Shown here in pieces: positions 56,219 to 64,000 of a stretch of DNA of 64,000 nucleotides. Source of the stretch: Bacteriovoracia bacterium. Lineage in GTDB: Bacteria; Bdellovibrionota; UBA1018; CAIPTA01. The notes beneath the pieces were generated by a model. The model was not told where the DNA came from. It was given only the letters and a program-made list of their open reading frames with translations, and made no database searches. The translations under genes and the position numbers were made by a program. The DNA lies in NCBI GenBank assembly GCA_050246755.1, contig JBFWVL010000006.1, positions 1 through 64,000 of the forward strand. The letters are read 5' to 3'. Position 1 is the first letter of the stretch; each line of letters opens with the position of its first letter.

Positions 56219-59200
56219 TCTCACTCAAAAACAAGATTGGGATCTTTGCTTGGCAAAGGCTATTGCTCACGATTGGTGCTTTGTTAGTTCTCAACGGAGT
56301 GCTGAGCTGGTTTTCCACTCCGCGCGAAGAAGACCCGCGTCTTCCTCCGCGCCAAGGAAATATCGTCGTGATTTTCCCCGGGTCAACTCCGGAAGAAGCG
56401 GAACGGTTGGTCGTTAAGCCTATTGAAGATGAACTGGCAAAAGTTGAGGAAATAAAAGAGATCCGGTCCCGGATTCATACCGATCTTAGCTTTTTTGAAG
56501 TCAAACTCAAGGACACGGTCGCTCATTCAGAATCCGAAATCGTGTGGGATAAAGTTCAAAGAGCGCTCGACAAAGCACAGCTCAAATTTCCGGATACGGT
56601 TTGGAAACCAGATCTCAACCGGGAAATATTCGATCAAGATGCCGTGTTCATCGCTCTTTATGGCGAAGTGGATCGTCTTAAGTTGTACGACCTGGCACGC
56701 GACTTAAAAGACAAAATACAACTGCATCCGATGGTCAAATTCGTGGATGAGGTAAGCTCTCCAGGCGAGCAACTGACCGTTCTCGTGGATTATAAAAAGC
56801 TCGGTCAGCAAGGTATTTCCATCGCCAATTTCTTGAGCCAACTCAAAGGCGGAAACGCCAATGTTCCGTCCGGATACGTTCGTCTGGAGGACCGAAAAAT
56901 CAGTGTGGTAACGAACTCATTTTACAAGTCCGCCGAAGAGCTTCAGAAATTTCCAGTTGTCGTGAAGTCAGGGGAAACAATTCTCTTGTCAGAGGTCGCA
57001 AGCGTTTCAAGAACCACCGCGCTTCCCGTTCGAGAAAAGATGCTATTCAATGGGCATCAGGTCGTCGGAGTTGGAGTCGTCGCCCAAAAAAGAGTGAATC
57101 TTCAGGTTTTTGGCGAAGAGGTTCGAAAGATTATCGAAGAGTTCAAGAATACTGAGGAGTTCAAAAAGAGCGGTGTCAAGACAGAAGAAATCAGCTTCCA
57201 GCCCCGCTATGTTGAAGAACGAATTCACGAGATCGGACTCGATTTGCTGAAGGCCATAGTTCTGGTCGGTGGAATTCTCATGCTGATGCTGGGGGTTCGC
57301 GTGGGCTCAATTGTCGCCATTCAGGTTCCGCTCGTTACCGCGATCGCATTTGGACTGTTTTCGCAATTGGGCGGAACTATCAATCAAATTTCGGTCGCCG
57401 CATTCATTCTGGCGATCGGACTGCTGGTCGATAACGTGGTGGTGATCGTTGATGGGATTCAGTCAAAACTAGACCAAGGCTTGGACCCCATCGAAGCTGG
57501 CGAGAGAACTCGCAAAGAGTATCTTATTCCGCTCCTTGCCGGAACTTTGACGACGATCGCCGCATTTCTTCCGATGCTGATCGCACAAGGAAACGCGGCC
57601 GACTTCACGCGCGATATCGGTATTATCTCCACGATCGGTCTGGGCGGCAGTTATCTGTTCTGCATTTTTATCACTCCGCTACTGGCGGCAAAAATGCTTA
57701 AAAAAGGCAAATCCCGTCAATGGGTTTTCGTGACTCCGCTTGGTGAAAAACTGGGTGGACTCGTCCATGCTCATTCCAAATTAATTTCGATAACCGCGAT
57801 GGTTGCCGTCGTAGTCGCAATGCTCGGTTTTGGTTTTGTAAAAAAGCAGTTTTTTCCTAATGCGGATCGCGACTTAGTGATTGTTGACGTTCAGTTACCG
57901 GAAGGAACGCATCTTAAAACGACAGAAGAGACGACCAGACGGCTGGAAGAAGAGATCCGCAAGGACAAGCGGGTTGTTTCCATCGCCAGCGTCATCGGTC
58001 GTGGAGTTCCACCGTTCTACTATAACCTTCCAAGAGAACCAAATGCTCCTCACGTAGCTCAAATGATCGTGAAAACGGTCGACGCCAAGAGTGCGGTAGC
58101 CTTTAAAAGAGACCGACAAAATGATCTCGCAAGGCTTGCACCTTTCGGCACATTGATCGTGAGAGAATTAGCGCAGGGGCCGCCCGTTAAAGCACCAATC
58201 GAAGTTCGCATCTTTTCCGAAGACCCTCTCAAGCTTCAACAAATGGCTCAAAAAACGTTCGCTTTGGTGCGCGCAGCGCCCGGAATTGCGAAAGTTCGAT
58301 CCACGCTCGGTGTCGGATCCCTAAATTACAAGATTGACGTCAATGACGGTGCCGCAGGCCTTTACGGTCTCACCAGAGCTGATGTTTCTGCGGTTATTCT
58401 TTCGCGAACCACCGGAGTGCCCGCCACTACGTTTCGAGGTGGATCAGATCCTTACGCGGTCACCTTGCTGTCAACCCAAAATGAGAACTCCCAGTTCTCC
58501 GAACTGGAAGAAAGTTATCTTGGGTCGACCCGAACCGATGATCTGACTGTGCAGACTTTGGTTCACAGTGGGTTCAAATTCAGCCCATCGGTTCTCGAGC
58601 ATATGAATCGAACCCCCGTGGTTTATATCTACGGCGAGCTAGCCGATGGATTTTCAGAAAATGACGTCGCGGCAAATACGGCTGATCAGCTCAAAAAACT
58701 GCAGCCAGAAGATGGAGTCCGCGTCGAGCTCGGCGGGGCAATGAAAGAAGCGCAGGACATGCAGCAGAGAATCTTCGCCGCACTTCCGTTCGCTATGTTT
58801 CTTCTTCTGATTTCTCTTTTATTTGAGTTCAATTCTTTTCGAAGAATTGGAATCATTCTTCTCACGATCCCTTTGTGCGTCGTTGGGTCAGTTCCTGGTT
58901 TGCTTCTGACCGGGAGCACATTTGGATTTATGACACTTCTTGGTCTCTTTGCATTGGCCGGAACCGTTATTCACAACGGAATTTTTCTCCTCGACTACAT
59001 CGATCACAGGCGGCACGAAGGCATCCCACTCGATCAGGCGGTCACTGAAGGAATTCAACGCCGCATGCGTCCGATCATTTTGACGGCCGCCGCGACCATT
59101 GTGGAATTACTTCCAATGACGATGTCCTCGGCGACTCTGTGGCCGCCATTTGCATGGGTGATTATCTCAGGCCTCTTGGTATCAACTCTGATGACCCTTC

Positions 59201-59253
59201 TGGTAATCCCCGCGGTATATAAGCTTACATTTCAGAAAGAGGCTCACTTATGA
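56215..59253 (+). CDS. RND efflux permease (AcrB family)
   Basis: IGLLVDNVVV, GTLTTIAAFLP, RMRPIILT; 1012 aa. Confidence 0.93.
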   Translation: MISLKNKIGIFAWQRLLLTIGALLVLNGVLSWFSTPREEDPRLPPRQGNIVVIFPGSTPEEAERLVVKPIEDELAKVEEIKEIRSRIHTDLSFFEVKLKDTVAHSESEIVWDKVQRALDKAQLKFPDTVWKPDLNREIFDQDAVFIALYGEVDRLKLYDLARDLKDKIQLHPMVKFVDEVSSPGEQLTVLVDYKKLGQQGISIANFLSQLKGGNANVPSGYVRLEDRKISVVTNSFYKSAEELQKFPVVVKSGETILLSEVASVSRTTALPVREKMLFNGHQVVGVGVVAQKRVNLQVFGEEVRKIIEEFKNTEEFKKSGVKTEEISFQPRYVEERIHEIGLDLLKAIVLVGGILMLMLGVRVGSIVAIQVPLVTAIAFGLFSQLGGTINQISVAAFILAIGLLVDNVVVIVDGIQSKLDQGLDPIEAGERTRKEYLIPLLAGTLTTIAAFLPMLIAQGNAADFTRDIGIISTIGLGGSYLFCIFITPLLAAKMLKKGKSRQWVFVTPLGEKLGGLVHAHSKLISITAMVAVVVAMLGFGFVKKQFFPNADRDLVIVDVQLPEGTHLKTTEETTRRLEEEIRKDKRVVSIASVIGRGVPPFYYNLPREPNAPHVAQMIVKTVDAKSAVAFKRDRQNDLARLAPFGTLIVRELAQGPPVKAPIEVRIFSEDPLKLQQMAQKTFALVRAAPGIAKVRSTLGVGSLNYKIDVNDGAAGLYGLTRADVSAVILSRTTGVPATTFRGGSDPYAVTLLSTQNENSQFSELEESYLGSTRTDDLTVQTLVHSGFKFSPSVLEHMNRTPVVYIYGELADGFSENDVAANTADQLKKLQPEDGVRVELGGAMKEAQDMQQRIFAALPFAMFLLLISLLFEFNSFRRIGIILLTIPLCVVGSVPGLLLTGSTFGFMTLLGLFALAGTVIHNGIFLLDYIDHRRHEGIPLDQAVTEGIQRRMRPIILTAAATIVELLPMTMSSATLWPPFAWVIISGLLVSTLMTLLVIPAVYKLTFQKEAHL

Positions 59254-60554
59254 ATAAACATTTTTTTCAACTGCTCTTTTTATCGGCCCCGCTCGTTTTT
59301 CTTCTAGGGGCGGCTCACGCAGAGGATTCTCCTGTTTCAATTCCGGAACTCCTCGTTAAAGCTTCATCTGGTCCCGAAGTTAAAGCAGCTCAGTCGTCGG
59401 CGAATGAGATGAAAAACAAAGAGGCTGCGACATGGCGACAGATTTATGTACCTAAGCTAAGCGCAGGAGTGAGTTATTCACATTTACTGAGCGATCAGTC
59501 GTTACAGCTGCCACCTCTTGGCGGGATGGCAATTCCTCCGATGAAGTTAGGGCCGGACTTTGCCTCTGGTTCCCTGAGTTTGAGCCAAGTTTTGTTTGAT
59601 CCAGCGAGCATGCTCTACAGCGCTCCGGCGACAAAACGTCTTGCAGAGGCAGCGGAATTAAGAGGCTCCCGGCAAGTGAAGGAAACTCAAAGCAAGGCCA
59701 TCGAACTTTATCTCCGCGCACTTGAGCTGAGGGCCAAACGAAAAGCATTGGAGAAGTACGCCGCGAACTTAAGTAGCCGCTTGCGCGAAATCCGCCGAAT
59801 CTACGAACTGGGAGGCCTCAGTGAGGGCGACCTTCTTAAAATCAAATTAGGTGTCGACGACGCCAATCAAGGAATCAGGGATTTGCAGAAAGGTGAGAGC
59901 TACCTTGCTCATATGATCGCGGCTATCGTCGATGCCAGCAAACCCGTTGTTCCCGCAGATCTGCCGGAAGAGCTCCCCACATCGGCTGCCTGTTCTGATG
60001 AAGCGAACGTCTCGAACCGAGAGGACATCCGGGCCATCGATCAGGAGGTTGAAGCTCTCAAGCTTTCTAAAAGCGGACAAAAGGCAGAGTATCTTCCGAA
60101 AGTTTATGGCTTCGTCCAGCACGGCTACACAAATACCGAACTTGTTTCCAAATCCAATTACGATTTGGTTGGCGTTCAGCTTTCATGGGCCCTTTTTGAC
60201 GGCGGAGTCGCCCTCGCAAATTCAAAAACGGCGGTGGATCAGCTGTATGCCTTAGAGCAAAAAAAGAATTTGGCTCTTTCGACTTCTCGCGCCGCCCTTT
60301 CGGATTCGGTGGCGGCTTTGCAGATTAAAAGACGGGAATACGAAGAAAGACGACAAAACATTTCAGATGCTCGAGTGGTATCTGAACTAGAATTTAAAAG
60401 GCTCAAGAACGGAAAAACGACCATCAACAATTTAATTGATGCAGAAGACATGCTGAAAGATCGCACGGAAAAAGCGAACCTATCGAAGGTCAGTTGGTAC
60501 CAGGCATGGTTCAGTTGTCAGCATGCATCTGGAGGAGCCTTGGCTGCGCCCTAA
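59250..60554 (+). CDS. TolC-family outer membrane protein
   Basis: Signal peptide, duplicated YxPK..LFD repeats, helical body. Confidence 0.88.
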   Translation: MNKHFFQLLFLSAPLVFLLGAAHAEDSPVSIPELLVKASSGPEVKAAQSSANEMKNKEAATWRQIYVPKLSAGVSYSHLLSDQSLQLPPLGGMAIPPMKLGPDFASGSLSLSQVLFDPASMLYSAPATKRLAEAAELRGSRQVKETQSKAIELYLRALELRAKRKALEKYAANLSSRLREIRRIYELGGLSEGDLLKIKLGVDDANQGIRDLQKGESYLAHMIAAIVDASKPVVPADLPEELPTSAACSDEANVSNREDIRAIDQEVEALKLSKSGQKAEYLPKVYGFVQHGYTNTELVSKSNYDLVGVQLSWALFDGGVALANSKTAVDQLYALEQKKNLALSTSRAALSDSVAALQIKRREYEERRQNISDARVVSELEFKRLKNGKTTINNLIDAEDMLKDRTEKANLSKVSWYQAWFSCQHASGGALAAP

Positions 60555-60722
60555 AAAAAACGGAGGAGATCGTAAAAATCATTACTTCTCATCTTTGAGA
60601 ACGGCCGGAACGTTGAACATGACGAATTGTGCCTTTGCGGCAATTTCAGGGCCGTAGTGTGTAATCAACCGATAGACTTTGACGTTTCTGGGAAAACCGG
60701 TCCAAAACGGCAATCTAGGATA

Positions 60723-61130
60723 CTACTGGGCGCTGTTGGCCCCCGTCTCGTCTGCAGGCTCTTCCGTCGTAGGATGCTCACCGCTGGCTCTACTAGTACG
60801 AATTGGCTTTAAATAGGCTCCAGATTCTTGAATAAACTGCACATCGCAATTCTTCCGGATAAGCACGTTCCCGAAAGCGGCGAGAAGCCCGGTATCAGTC
60901 ACGGAAAAGAACGGAACCGCCATAAGGTTTTCATTACCCTTATAAATCTCCGCCGGCCTTACGTGCAAAAAGCACTTTTTTGCGCCGTCTCCCGGGAAGC
61001 AAGAAAGATCTTTTTTCATTAATGCCTTCTCGGCAATTTGCTTCGCCTTATATTCGTCACAGGCAAAGGCGTTCATGGGAGCAAAAGTAAACGCAAGCAA
61101 TGCATAAAGAATTAATTTAGAAACGGTCAT
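60723..61130 (-). CDS. Secreted hypothetical protein with four Cys
   Basis: GGAGG RBS; signal peptide ending AFA. Confidence 0.65.
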   Translation of the reverse strand: MTVSKLILYALLAFTFAPMNAFACDEYKAKQIAEKALMKKDLSCFPGDGAKKCFLHVRPAEIYKGNENLMAVPFFSVTDTGLLAAFGNVLIRKNCDVQFIQESGAYLKPIRTSRASGEHPTTEEPADETGANSAQ

Positions 61131-61402
61131 AGGCGCCTCCCGCGGTGAGCCCGCATAACTTTTAAAGTGTGTCCTTGTTTATATCGGCGCACTATGTGGG
61201 TTTCATTAATTTGGTTCTGCAGAAAACCGTGAGTTAAATTGGAATCGTGCCACCGCCCTCCGGTGGTTTAAGCCGCCTTTGATATTCTGGCCGATCCGGA
61301 AATCAGTTCGATTTTAAGCGCCACTTAGGTTTTTGAGATGGGGGTTCGCTTAAAATCCTAAAATAAATTAAAGGCTTAGCTTCATTATTGCGATAGTGAC
61401 TC

Positions 61403-62848
61403 ATGCGGCCATTTGCTTTGAGCGCACAATCCCTGTTCTCGCGTATCTTGCTGCTTTGGATTCTCTCGTTTCAGGCTGCTTTAGCGGTTGGAACCGTAGA
61501 CGAACTCCCCGCGCCTTTGCAGGATTTTATTGCCGTGGAGCAAGGACGAATGTCTCGCGCGGTAGATACCAGCAAACTGGTGTCTCCTAACCTATCAAAC
61601 CAAGACCCTCTGTTTGCGCCCGAATCCAGGGGCATATTTAAAGTGAAAACGTATTGGATCGACGAAAGCAAGTTTGATCATTTTCAAGCCGAAGCAATCA
61701 GCCCGGGCGTTCGCGATAGCGTCACCCGAAAAGGAGAAGACGGCAAACGGCAGATCCGCTTAATCGTTCACCCAGAATCTAAAGATTTTTACCAAGAGTT
61801 TCTCAAAAATGCTCAGCCCGGAGAGGATCTTTGGGCCACCGCAACCTCTTCCTCGCGCACCGTCGTTGTGTGGAATGAAAACACCAAACCATTTTTTGCA
61901 AAACTTAGTCTTGATCGCAAAATAGGAGGCGCAAAGCGCACTCTCCCATTGTCGGAGGTTCCGCGATCCCTAGGAACGATGGCCATTCTCGATGCTTCCC
62001 GCGATTCTTTGCCTTCAACGTTTCACTTTTTTCCGGAAACTTTTGGAATTCATCCGGCAGAGATGGCGAGAGGAGGAATGATTATTCGCGAAATTCCTGC
62101 TGAACTTCTATCTGGCGAAAAAAAATACATCCCGCTTTTCTCTCTTTACGCGGCCCCGCCCGAAGGCCCAAAGCCCTATCTCTTGGAAATGATCCAAAAA
62201 AGCGGACAAATGCCGAGCGAATTCATTCACGAGCGAATTATCGCGCCATTCGCGAAGCAATGGGTAGATCTAGCCCTTAACCAAGGGATAACGGTTGAGG
62301 CCCATGCGCAGAATACACTGATTGAATTAGGCCGCGATGGCTTGCCTAACGGAAACTATATGTTTAGAGACCTTGCCGGTTTCGACATAGATATAAATTA
62401 CAGAAAAAAGCTTGGCCTGCCTCTCCCGGAAAAACTTCCGGTGATCGGCAGCTTTACGGACGAATACCACCAGAGGGAGATCTCGGGTGCTCTAAAGCGA
62501 AGCCTCTATAATCACTATGGCGGGGGCTTTCTCTATAACCTGGATAAAAGCATCATCGATTGGGAACGCGCGGGAATGCTGCCCGATGAATTTTTGGGTA
62601 AGGAATCGTTCACCCGGATGCTGATCCGTGAACTAAAAGTAAGCTACGAAAAAGAAACCGGAATTAAAATGGGGCCCATCTCTAGCTTAAAAAATTTTGG
62701 GCCCTATATCAAAAAAGCAAAAGCGAAGAAGATCTCGGCCTTAACGCCCGAGAAAGGCGGGATCTCCTTGGGCTGTTCCTCGATGTTCGGTCGGTTAAGA
62801 AGTTTTTTTACTGAAGGGCCCACCGGCATAAAAAACCTCTCGGAATAG
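61403..62848 (+). CDS. IucA/IucC (NIS synthetase)-like protein with an N-terminal signal peptide
   Basis: VHP, ATSSSRT, KLSL, IIRE, EAHAQNTL, FRD motifs; hydrophobic leader ending ALA. Confidence 0.7.
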   Translation: MRPFALSAQSLFSRILLLWILSFQAALAVGTVDELPAPLQDFIAVEQGRMSRAVDTSKLVSPNLSNQDPLFAPESRGIFKVKTYWIDESKFDHFQAEAISPGVRDSVTRKGEDGKRQIRLIVHPESKDFYQEFLKNAQPGEDLWATATSSSRTVVVWNENTKPFFAKLSLDRKIGGAKRTLPLSEVPRSLGTMAILDASRDSLPSTFHFFPETFGIHPAEMARGGMIIREIPAELLSGEKKYIPLFSLYAAPPEGPKPYLLEMIQKSGQMPSEFIHERIIAPFAKQWVDLALNQGITVEAHAQNTLIELGRDGLPNGNYMFRDLAGFDIDINYRKKLGLPLPEKLPVIGSFTDEYHQREISGALKRSLYNHYGGGFLYNLDKSIIDWERAGMLPDEFLGKESFTRMLIRELKVSYEKETGIKMGPISSLKNFGPYIKKAKAKKISALTPEKGGISLGCSSMFGRLRSFFTEGPTGIKNLSE

Positions 62849-62996
62849 CCATTGCTCCCAGCATACTTTTTGAAGCACTAGTCATAAAAATCCAGAGGAA
62901 GCATAGGGGGAGATCGATCCTGCCTTGGCAAATCAACTCTTCCGTCTCCGCCGGTATTCATTTAAACTAGCGGCAAGTACGGAGTGGCTCGATAGT

Positions 62997-63704
62997 ATGG
63001 CACGCGTAGAATTCGATTATTTTTCTCCCAATGAGCTCGCCGAAAATCTCTGGGAAGTTCGCGGCAAATGGTCCAATAAACTCGGGCGGAGGATGACCGT
63101 GATTCGATTGAGCGGCAATCGCTTGGTTCTTCATAGCTCGATCCAGCTCGAAGAAAGCGAATTGGCCTGGCTGCAGTCTTTAGGCGCTCCCTCTTTTATC
63201 GTGGCCCCTAATATTTTTCACTGTTCGGATGCGGACTGGATGGCCAAAAAATTTCCCGCCGCCGAAGTGTTCGTGCCCGCTTCAAAATTAGCCGAATTTA
63301 CAAAAAAGGGCTTCCAGCCTAAAGACGTGAATTCGCAATTTCCTGCGCTTCTTGCCAATGAGCTTAAGTGCATTCCGATGCGCGGAACGAGGATCGACGA
63401 AGCGGCGTTTCTTCACGTTCCTTCCAAGACCCTTATTCTGTGCGACCTGGCCTTCAATATGGACGACGTATTCTCTGGCCTGGAAAAGTGGGTGATGAAA
63501 TGGAATAGGGTTGGCGGGCATTTCGGCCCGAGCCGCATTACAAAATGGCTATTCGCTAAAAACCAGCGAGCTCTCGTTGAGTCGTATGAGGAGCTTCTGA
63601 ATCATGACTTCGATCGCGTGATCGTCAATCACGGGGAAGTGCTGGATTCCGGTGGGCGAGAGAAACTACGCAGTGGTGTAGAGCTCATTTTCGGGAAGAT
63701 CTAG
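62997..63704 (+). CDS. DUF4336-family (metallo-beta-lactamase-like) protein
   Basis: RMTVIRL, IVAPN.FH, FLHVPSKTLILCD, FDRVIVNHG. Confidence 0.8.
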   Translation: MARVEFDYFSPNELAENLWEVRGKWSNKLGRRMTVIRLSGNRLVLHSSIQLEESELAWLQSLGAPSFIVAPNIFHCSDADWMAKKFPAAEVFVPASKLAEFTKKGFQPKDVNSQFPALLANELKCIPMRGTRIDEAAFLHVPSKTLILCDLAFNMDDVFSGLEKWVMKWNRVGGHFGPSRITKWLFAKNQRALVESYEELLNHDFDRVIVNHGEVLDSGGREKLRSGVELIFGKI

Positions 63705-63724
63705 CTGGCGGTTGGCCGATCTAT

Positions 63725-64000
63725 TCAGTCCGCACTCACTAATTCATAGATCACCGTAGAAATAGGATTTAGCGGCAGGCGCACGGCTTCGCGCATCGTG
63801 TAGCGAAGCTCCAACTGCTTACGCATTAGTTCGATTTCCTGGGCGGGTACTTCGGTGCCGGTATGAATCCAAAAAATCTTTCCGATCGCGCCCTGGGCTT
63901 TAAGCTCTCCCAGCTCTTGTTCGTGCTCCAGAAAAAAATCCAAATCCACGGCGGCTTTTCCTAAAGAGAGGAGGAATTCCGACGGGTGAAAAATATAGAG
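63725..64000 (-). CDS. C-terminal part of a hypothetical protein entering from the right edge
   Basis: Open frame converging on the DUF4336 gene; start probably outside the window. Confidence 0.45.
   Translation of the reverse strand, partial: LYIFHPSEFLLSLGKAAVDLDFFLEHEQELGELKAQGAIGKIFWIHTGTEVPAQEIELMRKQLELRYTMREAVRLPLNPISTVIYELVSAD

Overview
This window is almost entirely accessory DNA: a tandem array of integrative elements separated by a 14-bp direct repeat (ACCCCGACCAATTT at 8117-8130 and 52746-52759) that resembles the 3' end of a tRNA-Pro. (1) 1-8130 is the 5'-truncated right end of an ICE-like element: gene fragments, partial virB10, VirD4-type coupling protein, Replic_Relax/MOBC-like relaxase, hairpin-rich oriT candidate, GNAT/DUF1778 toxin-antitoxin (TA) pair, xis, int. 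(2) 8117-52759 is an apparently complete ~44.6-kb ICE. It carries XRE regulators, a serine recombinase-ParB-ParB module, an AbiE TA pair, a defence block (ASCH, McrBC, DUF2779, Z1, radical SAM-ASCH, type IIG-like R-M), a minimal VirB2-B10 T4SS with an FtsK-type ATPase and relaxase, and xis/int. (3) From 52760 a third related left end is followed by TetR/RND/TolC and oxidoreductase cargo. The most striking item is the operon divergent from the transfer genes: a stand-alone YcaO, a small signal-peptide-bearing protein ending in ...SEPSCWTAPF, an orphan family-5 peptide-binding protein, a membrane histidine kinase and a sigma-54 response regulator. It is preceded by a canonically spaced -24/-12 promoter and five TTCAG-N5-CTGAA palindromes. 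I interpret it (inference) as a candidate RiPP-based autoinducing/quorum-sensing circuit controlling ICE transfer. Several transfer genes also appear to begin at non-canonical codons (CTG, ATT, ATA). All family assignments come from motif recognition by eye, not from database searches. A Gram-negative host is indicated by TolC and VirB9/10; Bdellovibrionota/Oligoflexia is only a guess from protein style.
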